A DNA stretch of 64,000 nt, taken from positions 1,550,001 through 1,614,000 of the forward strand of contig NW_025767468.1 of assembly GCF_003918875.1 (NCBI RefSeq), written 5' to 3'. Each line of letters starts with the position of its first letter. The first letter of the stretch is position 1. The notes below the pieces were generated by a model. That model worked only from the letters and a program-made list of their open reading frames with translations, was not told where the DNA came from and made no database searches. Source of the DNA: Haliotis rubra. Lineage: Eukaryota. The translations under genes and the position numbers were made by a program. Shown here in pieces: positions 39,930 through 50,664 of this stretch.

Positions 39930-40177
39930 ATCCGTGAAGATCAGGGTTAGAATTGATCTTCAGTAACCCATGCTTGTCGTAAGAGGCGCCTAAGGGGATC
40001 GGGTGGTACGTCTAGCTGACTTGGTTGACACATGTCATTGTATCCCAATTGCGTAGATCGATGCTCATGCTGTTGATCACTGAATTGTCTGGACCAGACT
40101 CGATTATTTACAGATCTCCGCCATATAGCTTGAATATTGCTGAGTGTGGCATAAAACTAAGCTCAATCACTCACTCA
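39930..40177 (+). mobile_element. SINE family B
   Basis: Full length; flanking attctcg repeat. Confidence 0.9.
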
Positions 40178-40477
40178 ATTTTGATTCTCGCCAAATATAT
40201 ATAGGCGTAATAGGCATTGAACACACTCGCTGTCATGGAAAGTCTTTCATGCAGTTATGAAACATTAGTGGTGAATTTAGAATATTATTGTTGTGTCCCC
40301 ATGATTGTGCCATGGGCGTGGCGTCATCCTGGGGATGGAATTCTTACGTTGTCACCTTGATGACGCGGTTTGGTCATGTGAACATGTGGACCCCGGTTCA
40401 GAAGACCAATTGTTCGAATCCCACTACGAGACTCGGGTGTATATAGTACATCACCCCACTGACTCTTCGTACGATGG

Positions 40478-40647
40478 AGGGGCGGTGGGTGTAGCCTAGC
40501 GGTAAAGGCATTCGCTCGTCACGCCGAAGATCCGGGTTCGATTCCCCACATGGATACAATGTGTGAAGCCCATTTCTGGTGTCCCTCGCCGTGATATTGC
40601 TGGAATATTGCTAAAAGCGGCTTTGAACTAAACTCACTCACTCACTC
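40478..40647 (+). mobile_element. SINE family A
   Basis: Full length with A/B boxes. Confidence 0.9.
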
Positions 40648-41369
40648 GTCTGATAGAGACATGAAGCAATTCACGAAATACACTTTGAACGTTTATTACT
40701 ATTAGTATCATGCCATCAACTCTCCTGGCCTAGTTGTGGCATGAATTCATATTATTGAACCGTTATTTCAATGTTCACATAACCAGGGTGCTCACAATCG
40801 TCTTATGTATTAATGTAAATCCTGTACATGTATTGGTGCTATCCTAGACTTGCACAAGTCTCTAAGGTAAAACAATATTAATAGATAACAGACAGGGGTC
40901 CGTACAGTGCCCTCCTATCTAGACTTGCCTCTTCCAAGGATGAAATTGCTATACATCCATGGGGTCAGGATTCAGTACAGCCTTGGAGCAAGGCTGGAGC
41001 TACTCGTCAAGCGTTATACATTACGTATACTACTGAAACGAAGTTAAACACCACCCTCCTCTTTTATATTACAAGAGTTAATCTGTTATCCCCTGACAAG
41101 AGTGGTATAATACAGACTGTCACCTGACTTTCAAATTTGCTGAGGGACCAGTACATATATCCAATGTCATACCATCCACATAGTACATGTATATCCAGGC
41201 TACATGGCACTAAAGGAGCATCTGTCTCATTTGCAGGGCTGAACAGAATAGCATTGGACAGATCCAGACGAGGTGATATGTAAAATATACACGGATAGAT
41301 AGTACCGATTGCTTCCAGGGGATGTAAGTCGAGCATGCATTGACATTTCCCATCGCCCATTACACGCAA

Positions 41370-41539
41370 CTACAGTCAGCACCGTTGTGTTGAAGGGACG
41401 TACGTAAATAGTTCGAGTTATCCGATGTTCGACACAACCGTAAAATGACTAAATAAGGTATACGCAGGGACCAACCCTTTACTTCGACACAACCAGAAGT
41501 TCGAAACAACAGAGTTCCACACAACGGTGTATGGCTGTA
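41370..41539. mobile_element. Tc1/mariner-pogo-type MITE
   Basis: ta|cagtcagcaccgttgtg ... cacaacggtgtatggctg|ta. Confidence 0.75.
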
Positions 41540-42128
41540 TCATCAGTGTCCAGTCAAAGTAAACTCAGTAAACGAAAATCCGCATAAAACACAGATATTT
41601 GACCTGCAGCATATACGCTTATGGGTTTCTAATGTCATGGTTACTATTATCGCAAGATGACATCCTTGAGTATTGAAAAAAAAAGATATTTTCAGCGACT
41701 GTTTACTCATTGCGTGTATCACTCGGAAGCGATCGTGCGGAAAATAGCATTCGGAATCGTTCGAGTTTTTGAGGTAAAGATTCAAACAGTATGTGCGGAT
41801 GTTAACTTTCGCGATTTGGTAAACTGTGTTGTGACTGACTGAAGGTTAGCTGACGCGACCTTCTACTAGGTTTTGTTAGACTCAGTATAGCAGTGTAACG
41901 AATAATACTGAGCCTAAGTTTACTTAGACTGCACCAGTGTCACCAGTATACTGAACATATGTTTAGATACGACGGGCTGCCCTCGTACACATTAACATAC
42001 ACATTTACAAACATCTGCCTCTTTTTCTACACCCGATGACTTAATGTATCATGCTACCCAGATAGTGGCAGATATTGTCGTATTGTCCTCAGTCTGCAGC
42101 AAACAGATGACATCAGCAGTTGCCTACT

Positions 42129-44843
42129 CTATTCCGTGTAGATACCGTAAGCGGAAGCTGTACAGAACAGGGTCTTGTTCGTGAAGGTGTAGGTGGCGAA
42201 GCTGTCCACCTTGGGGTCCCAGGCGCACCTGCTGGTGACCATGACGTCCTGGTCCTTCCTCTCCCCGAGCATGACCACCACCACCAGCTTGTACCGGTCC
42301 CAGCTCATCTGCTTCATGCGGTCCTTGATCTCGTCAGTCAGCACCTGGAGGTGATACGTATATGTATTATATAGCAGATTACACATGATACGTATACGTG
42401 TACAGATATGAGGATACGTATAGTGTAGCAGATCACACATAAAGCACCTGATGAGGATAGGTATAGTGTATTATATAGAGAGGATACGTATAGTGTATTA
42501 TATAGCAGATCACACCTGAGGAGGTGTATTATATAGCAGATATAGTGTACTATAGAGCAGATCACACCACCTGGAGGTGATACGTATAGTGTACTATAGA
42601 GCAGATCACACCAGTATATCACATCTGGATACGTATAGTGTATTATATAGCAGATCACACACCTGATGATACGATAGTGTGATACGTGATAGTGTACTAT
42701 AGAGCAGTTCACAACCATCTGGAGGTGATACGTATAGTGTACTATAGAGCAGATCACACCTGGAGGTGATACGTATATAGTGTACTATAGAGCAGGAGGT
42801 GATACGTATAGTGTATTATAGAGCAGATCACACATCTGGAGGTGATACGGTGATACGTAATTATAGTGTAGATATACCTGAGCAGTTCACACATAGAGCA
42901 GTTCACACCTGGGAGGTGATACGTATAGTGTACTTAGTGTATAGAGCAGTTCACACCATCTGGAGGTGATACGTATAGTGTACTATAGAGCAGATCACAC
43001 CATCTGGAGGTGATACGTATAGTGTACTATAGAGCAGATCACACCATCTGGAGGTGATACGTATAGTGTACTATAGAGCAGATCACACCATCTGGAGGTG
43101 ATACGTATAGTGTACTATAGAGCAGTTCATATAGAGCACCATCTGGAGGTGATACGTATAGTGTACTATAGAGCAGATCACACCTGGAGGTGATACGTAT
43201 AGTGTACTATAGAGCAGATCACACCTGGAGGTGATACGTATAGTGTACTATAGAGCAGTTCACACCATCCGGAGGTGATACGTATAGTGTACTATAGAGC
43301 CGATCAGAAGGCCACTAATATTTATTCGACCAGAGGTTGTAGCAGGTAGCCTGCCTTTGCCATATAGGATAGGTTGTTAAATTCAAATCCTAAATTGTCA
43401 CAGATTAGGATCTCTATTTCTCTGCATCATAAGTATGAAAAAATCTGTTTTTTTAGATAGACAATCTGTTCAAGATAGACTTTACCAATAATGCATGAAT
43501 GTTACCCTAAGTCTTTTATCGTTGCTCATGATATCGTCCACTGCTTTAATTAGCTTCGTCCTGAATATCTACAAACTGGAATATTGTTTAACATCGCCTT
43601 AACATTCACACAAACGATTTCCAGTATGAACCTGGCATGTCATGATTGAGCAGCAAAATACCAAGGCACAGACCCCATTGTTCCCGTGATAACAGTGGTG
43701 CTTAGCTACAGCGTAACACAAAAAGCACATGCTTAAGCTTTGAAACTGAATTATTTTTTTTTGTGATTCAAGATGCTCAAAAAATAACTTTGAATTTGTT
43801 TTCATGTTTTCTGGGTGGTTTCTGGTATAGTACCGTGGCACCCGAACGCAACTTGCTTCGCGGATCATCTAAGGACAAAACATGTTGTGTCTACACTATG
43901 CAATAGATTATGTCTGGAAACTGGCTGACACTTGAACATTCCGAAATCGTTTGTTCTGTAGGAGACATAGTTGATCTATTCTTTGAAATTGTTTCGTCTT
44001 TTAAGTATTGTATCTTTAGTCATGTGAAGAAATGAATAAGGAATCTGCAAAATGTTCATCTACAATTGATTGTTACTTCGTTAAACGACCCAAATCGACT
44101 GAATTTTACTTGACAATAGTACCCAGTGTTCTCAAACACATTCTGATACAATAACATTATCTGAGTCGGGTACTGATTCCTCGCCTGAAAATAACATGCA
44201 CGACCATACAGAAAGTAGCCTGTTAGTAATATTCACTGTGGAAAACCTAGCCTGTTTCCACAAAACCATAAGGTGCAGAAATACAGTGATGTGAAGAACA
44301 TGTGCGTTGATCAAAATGGGCCCACGTTATCGTCTTTTGGGAATGCCTTGTTACTCCAAAAATATAGGGATCTTCTGTTGTTCTTCAACAAACATGAGAA
44401 TACTCAATGTGTATTTTGCAAAGACTCGGTAATCATGTGTTAACCAAAACAAAAACTACATTATGAAAGAGCAATTAACAAAAAAAACCTATCATTCTCA
44501 CCTGAGTCATAGTCACGCAGAACTTGGGGTTGTAACTGAACCCGTTCAACCTCTCATCCAGAATCTCCTTCAACATACTGTGGACAGTGAACACGGTGAA
44601 CTTGACCTTGGGCTCCATTCTGTACGTGGGCTCATAGTTAACCTGGGCTTGGCTGGGGGAACCTTCCGTTTTCCCCATCTTCTTGAACTTCCTCGCGGCC
44701 AAAAACCCAGCAACTCCTCCAGCCACGCTGCTGCGTCTGTGATTGGGGAGGATGGGGAACAGACTCTTCCTTCTGTCATCCCCGGGGTGGGGACTGGGTA
44801 TCCCCGGCAGTTCATTACGTAAGATGGATTGTCTGCGCGCCAT
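42129..44843 (-). CDS. Tctex1 domain-containing dynein light chain, paralog 3 (2 exons, 185 aa)
   Basis: Exon 44843-44502 (...YEPTYRMEP...KFCVTMTQ), phase-0 intron gtgaga...ctccag, exon 42344-42129 (VLTDEIKDRMK...RYKLVVVVMLGE...SRCAWD...AYGIYTE). Aligns gap-free with paralog 1 across the junction. Confidence 0.92.
42342..43305 (-). repeat. 43/46-bp minisatellite made of the intron 3' splice site
   Basis: Unit tgatctgctctatagtacactatacgtatcacctccag(atg)gtg, roughly 20 copies. Confidence 0.92.
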
Positions 44844-46497
44844 TTTGAATCTGTCTTCTCGATTTCACTGTCGGGCACAATCGTATGATGAAGAAGACAA
44901 TGTCAAGGTTGAATTGTTCGGGTCTCTACTACTCTTCCAGGACGTTTTCAAAATTGTGGTGTAAGATCTGTCCTTACAGAGGTCTATTGACAGTTCTTTT
45001 TCCTCAAATATGTCGTTATCCTCGATAAAACCTCTGCTACTGTCAAAATTTAAACCAATCAGTCTTCAACATTCCGTGGAAGATATAGATGACACACAAG
45101 AAGCGTTAAAGAGTCATATTTCACCTTCAGATATTCCGCAACTGCAACAGCTTCTTTTCAAATATGAATCCAATGCACAGACTGAATCCAATTCACAGAA
45201 CGCTATCTCAACCTCTGGTGTCCCTTCTTCAAACTTTAAATCTCCTAAACACACCAACAGCCTCACACAAATGAAGGTTCGTCAACAGCTTCTGAACTAA
45301 AGTGAACCTCAGACATGCTATAATCATAACTGCAGTTAAGGAACGGGCGACCAGTCCACATTGAAATCTGCCTATTGTTGTCAAACGGTCTAACTATTGT
45401 CTACCAGCAAATCGGTTTAAATTCTTGGCTCTGCTTATGGTAGATTTCGACGAAAGGTTTTAGGTTCCATAACACAGTAAGCGGATATACCGAATCACGC
45501 ATGCAGTAAAGGTCCTAGTAACTAAGCTATTGTTTGGCGGCTGATCTGTCTAGTCGGACGGACAAAGAGTTAGTCACCCTTGTACATAGGGACCTAAATT
45601 ACATAACTGATGGCATAAAGGCACTGGATGGCTGAAGATGTCGGCAACGTTTCAAACCTTGATTGTTGTATAACTGCGTGTATGTTAGTGGTAAAAATCT
45701 GTGATAACAGTATTGAATGGTTATCAATACTGTTCTTGCGTGCACTGATTGCGTGCGATACGATTGTTCAGATTTAAAGTATTGATATGGATATTTGAGC
45801 TTAATAGCATGTGACCTAGCGGAACGTACAATTCTTGGTTCAAATAATGTAAATCTTATTCCTGAATTGTCTTATTTCTGTGATTGCAGTTTCCACTGTA
45901 TCCGACTCTGAGTGTAATTTTAAGCGGGCATTCTAACTAAGATAAGATCTATTTTTATATCCCCATGGCACGCATTTCAGTAAGACCTACACCGACCCCT
46001 GGATCAGTTCCCATTGTTCTGGCAATCGCAGGTACCCTCCCTAAAATTTCCATAACATTTTACTGACCAGTCAAAATGTGAGATAAGGAAAAAGGGAAAT
46101 GGGTAAGGGAGGTAACTCGTATAGCCTAGAAACCAAAGTCACCAAAGTTATAATAGACATGACGATATCAGATTTTAAAAGATTTGTGAGCGCTTTTTTT
46201 CTCTTTACTAGTCAGTTTTCAATGTTGAATTTCTCTCAAGCTCTCTTAATAGGTTTCAAAATCTTTCTTATCCCCAACCATATCAATGAGGATCAATACT
46301 TGACAACCCGTGAAGATCCGGGTTAGAATTTTAGGGCCAGTTCGATTATTGCGAAACTGGTTTCTCCTGTCATAAACGAGTGTCTAGTTTCGGATATATG
46401 GTTTCAAAGTGAAACTAGTTTCTAGTTTTATAAATGAGTGGATGGTTTCACCATCCGGTTTCAAAATCGATACAAACTAAATGTCTCAGCTATTATA

Positions 46498-47832
46498 TAC
46501 TAAGCAGCAACAGAAACGTCAGTTTGGAATTTTCCTTCGCAGAAACGGATAACTGTAAACTCATTTAATGTTTTGATTGTATATTTTTGACAACATCTCC
46601 AACTTAACCTGAGCAAAGACATTCCTTCCCAAACTCAGAATGGAACCCAGGAATTGGTCTCAAAAACGCAACCTGATCTCGGAGATGGTACGGTGTTCTC
46701 CATGTTTTTCATGCAACTCATGCTGCACGTGCTGTTCACAAGTACCAGCCCTATAAAATACACCCCCAAACCTGGTTGAAACATTCACATTACAACGTCA
46801 GCAGGATGCCCCTTCTCACGACAGCTCAGAGGAACCAGGCGCTAGGAAGACTTGAAGCTGGCCACACTGCACAAGCCGTTCCCAATCACTTCCAGGTCAA
46901 CGTTCGGACCATCTACAGGCTGCAGCAACGTTTCCGGGCCACCAACACCACAAATGATCGCCCCCGTACTGGCAGACCAAGGGTGACCAAACGACGACAA
47001 GAACGCCATGTTGTGCGACAGCATGTACAGAATCCCTTCATGCAGGCATCCGAAACAGCACGCCAGACAGTGGGAACACACGGAAGACTAATCAGTACTG
47101 ATACAGTACGCCGACGTCTTAACAGCAGGGACCTCCATTGCCTTAGACCTTATACCGGGGACCTATCCTCACCCCTCGTCATCGGCGTGAACGTCTACTG
47201 TTTGCCCTACAACACCAAAACTGGCGATACAGGCAATGGAGAACTGTTCTGTTCACAGATGAGAGTCGGTACTGCGTATCAACTGCAGATGGCAGAACAA
47301 GAATATGGCGACGATGTGGCCAGCGTTACTCAGACCAATGAGTTATGGAAAGAGACTCATAGGGTGGTGCAAGTATCATGGTATGGGGTGGAATAGGCCT
47401 GAACCAGTGAGTGGGTCGTGTGGTGTTCTGGAACCTTGGTCCAGAGAGAGGAGGCGGCATCACAGTGGTGCGTTACATCGACCAAGCTCTCAGACCCCAC
47501 GTCATACCACATTTCATAAGTCACCGTAACAACATTTTCCAGCATGATAACGCCCGGGCCCATACTGCCAGAGCTACACGGGACTTCCTACAGGAGAACG
47601 GTGTCAACATTATGCAATGGTCAGCCCTTAGTCCTGATTTAAGGAGTCTGAATGAACTGCAAACGTTCACGTAATGTCTTGAAATTGTGCTGAGTTATTT
47701 ATTGATGTGTCAAGATATTGTACACACAAAAATGTTTTTTGATCCGCTTATTATGTCCATTTCTGTAATGATTTGATGACAGTGCCTCTCTTATTTATAA
47801 TTCGTACTGACCTTTTTTTTTGCTGCTGAGTA
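46498..47832 (+). mobile_element. Tc1 transposon with decayed transposase
   Basis: TA TSDs; TIRs tact(a/c)agcagcaa..a..gtcagt; MPLLT..ALGRLEAG, DRPRTGRPR, VLFTDESRYC (shifted frame), FQHDNARAH, W..LSPDL; frameshifts, stop and 3' deletion. Confidence 0.93.
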
Positions 47833-47894
47833 TATATGAGGAACGAATTGAATGACAGCATTGCCAAAGGTAATATTTTTTGGTCATTTTATTA

Positions 47895-49312
47895 GGGAAT
47901 TAACAAATATTCTACCATGGCTACGTGAAATGCTCGAATTTGATTGGTCAAGCCACAAAATCAGACGGTATCAATTTGGATTGAAAATGCGTCTGATTTC
48001 ACGGCGCTTCACTGCGCACGTATACAACCCTGCCGCACTACTTCAGCTTGGCCACCAACATGACTAACATCAACACAACAGACGTGATGGAAATACTGAT
48101 GAAACATTTATTAAAACTCGAAAAAATACAATTATACGATTTCTCCACCACAATTATTAGGGGACCTCACTATCATAATTATTACCTTCTATTATAAAAA
48201 TATTCAAACTCAATTACAATACACAGCCCCACACATAAACAAACAATATCTAACATATAAATCAGAAAACCTTGTAACAATACATCCCTATCTATCCCTA
48301 TTTGTGCGGCAAAACGTTTGAAGGTAAATGGTATATTTGTTTCCCTTTAGAATGGGAAATTCGCAAGATAACGGTCAGGCGAAACACAAAATTTGCCACT
48401 CATACTCCATCATGTCCCGTTGCATCGTTCAAAATGTCAAAAACGTAACCATGAGAATTTAGTTCTCTTCAACCTTCCCCGAAGGCTGTCACTGCAGCTA
48501 TGTTCGTACACTTTGAAAAGCTTGGCCACAATCCAGTCCCAAATGACGAGAACAATGTTCCAAGGAATCCCAAGTTAGTCGAAGGTACACAAAGCAGCAG
48601 TTCTGTCACTCTTCCTCGCATGCCGGGGTGGCGGCACGTACGTGAAATCATGATCGACGCTCGCCGGCCCGGTCATAAAAATTAACAGTCTTTGATGACT
48701 TACAGGTCATAGGTCGATCAGAAAAGGATCTATTCTTCGATTCTGCAGGGTTCAGGTTCGACAGTCAGTCAAGTATTTTCCACTGTCACTTCGAATTTCA
48801 ACCTTTCGCAAAATGTAAACACTGGCTCGTCCGCCATTTCAAACTGTTGCGTAACTGTCTACTCCCAAGAAAATAAGTAGGTCAGACGATTCCATTATAG
48901 TGTGGACAGGGGGGTACAGTAACACGGCACACAAAACAATAGGCTGGTTTCGGTCTTGTGGGGTTATGATTATAAAAACCAAGCTCTTATGTGTTACATT
49001 ATTGCATTGAATACACAGTAGTATGTTTTCTTTGGACAGAATATTTTTTATGTTGCAATGTTAACAAAAATACGAAAGGAACCTACCACTCCTTTATCAG
49101 ACGAGTTCAATTCGCCTCTCATCCCATGCCGAATTACGCAGTGTCTTCCGCAGGACGAGGAAGTTCGATTTTAAATCAGTTATGGTAGAATGGAGATAAA
49201 CGTACTGTGTTTGGAAATTAGATGAATCTTAGACCGAATTGATAGTCTCTAAATTAATCATTTGAAACCTCACGCTACGCGTTCGGCTTCAAATGAGTAC
49301 GTTTATCTCCTA
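47895..49312. mobile_element. Non-autonomous element with terminal hairpin (Crypton-like)
   Basis: attctaccat (47909) / atggtagaat (49182) inverted pair; terminal stems ggagataaacgtact/agtacgtttatctcc and catttgaa.cc/gg.ttcaaatg around cgctacgcg. Confidence 0.55.
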
Positions 49313-49947
49313 AATAAAGAGATGAGATGCTTTTGGAAGTAAATATATTTAATTATACTGTTACAAGTAATTATATGTATACAAGTTACATAAAATAGTC
49401 ATGTTCAATAGACTGGGGATTTAAATAATATTTTCCTAGTTCTCAGTTGATTTTTATCATTATTTTGGTTACAGAAACTGCTGCTCTATTTTGCCACCAA
49501 GATCTTTTCCGCCATGTTTGTTGTGAGAGAACGCGAAACCGAAACTGCGAATCCTGCCTCGGAGATGGTTTCGAAGTTTTAGAACCCAGTTTTAGGTTTC
49601 GACATAAACGAGTGCATGGTTTTCCAGAAACCAAAACCGGTTTAGCATAATCGAATAGGCCCTTAGTCTTCAGTAACCCATGCTTATCGTAAGAGGCGAC
49701 TAACGGGATCGGGTAGTCATGCTCGCTGACTTGGTTGACACATGTCATCGTTTCCCAATTAAGTAGAACGATGCTCATGCTGTTGAACACTGGATTGTCT
49801 GGCCCAGACTCGTTTATTTACAGACCACCGGCATTTATCTGGAATTTTGTTGAGAACGGCGTTAAACAACCAACCAACCAATGATTACTTGACACCTACA
49901 ACCATTTACTTTTATTTGTCATGCAGTCCACTTGAAGTAGAGCATGT

Positions 49948-50363
49948 CCAACAATCGCTATAGGAAACTCCAGCGATCCAACAATCGCTATGGGAAACTC
50001 CAGCAATCCGACAATCGCTATGGGAAGCTCCAGCGATCCAACAATCGCTATGGGAAACTCCAGCGATCCAACAATCGCTATGGGAAACTCCAGCGATCCA
50101 ACAATCGCTATGGGAAGCTCCAGCGATCCATCAATCGCTATGGGAAACTCCAGCGATCCGACAATCGCTATGGGAAACTCCAGCGATCCGACAATCGCTA
50201 TGGGAAACTCCAGCGATCCAACAATCGCTATGGGAAACTCCAGCGATCCAACAATCGCTATGGGAAACTCCAGCGATCCGACAATCGCTATGGTAAACTC
50301 CAGCGATCCAACAATCGCTATGGGAAACTCCAGCGATCCGACAATCGCTATAGGAAACTCCAG
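49948..50363. repeat. 30-bp minisatellite (~14 units)
   Basis: cc(a/g)acaatcgctatgggaaactccagcgat. Confidence 0.97.
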
Positions 50364-50664
50364 GCACAGTTATGATAAACACAACTAGATGGTTATCGGT
50401 AATAGACGAATATTGTTCTCAAATACAGGTTAATGACAAAACATATGGGGATCTTTAAGGCATCGTTGAAGTTATGTTATTTAGGAGTCGAAAAATATGG
50501 TGGAATTCCACCAAAGCTTAGACTAGCAGTTGTGGAACCCTGGGTCATTTCCCTGCTGTGTAACCCAGATTGATAACACAGATAAATACCAGACCTTGAA
50601 CGTGACCTAGACAAAACCTTGGAAAGCATTTTTTTAATTCGTGAGCGCTGGAATAGCTCGAGAC

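Larger units (their letters stand above)
46334..49662. mobile_element. Non-autonomous PIF/Harbinger-type element
   Basis: TIRs gggccagttcgattat / ataatcgaataggccc, 3-bp TSD TTA, subterminal gtttc/gaaac repeats. Confidence 0.85.
46306..49880 (+). mobile_element. SINE family B split in two (46306-46333 and 49663-49880) by nested insertions
   Basis: Halves rejoin into the consensus; TSD tacttgaca at 46297-46305 and 49886-49894. Confidence 0.9.

Noticed and set aside
48360-48700. Tyrosine recombinase remnant in the hairpin-ended element
   Set aside because: Only a vague MTG..S resemblance; no supportable catalytic motifs
49944-50388. CRISPR-like array (hairpin repeats containing GAAAC) and repeat-protein ORFs
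   Set aside because: No unique spacers, no cas genes, eukaryotic context; a plain tandem repeat
50597-50610. CLEAR/TFEB site upstream of NAGLU (aacgtgacc)
   Set aside because: E-box core is mismatched; too weak to call
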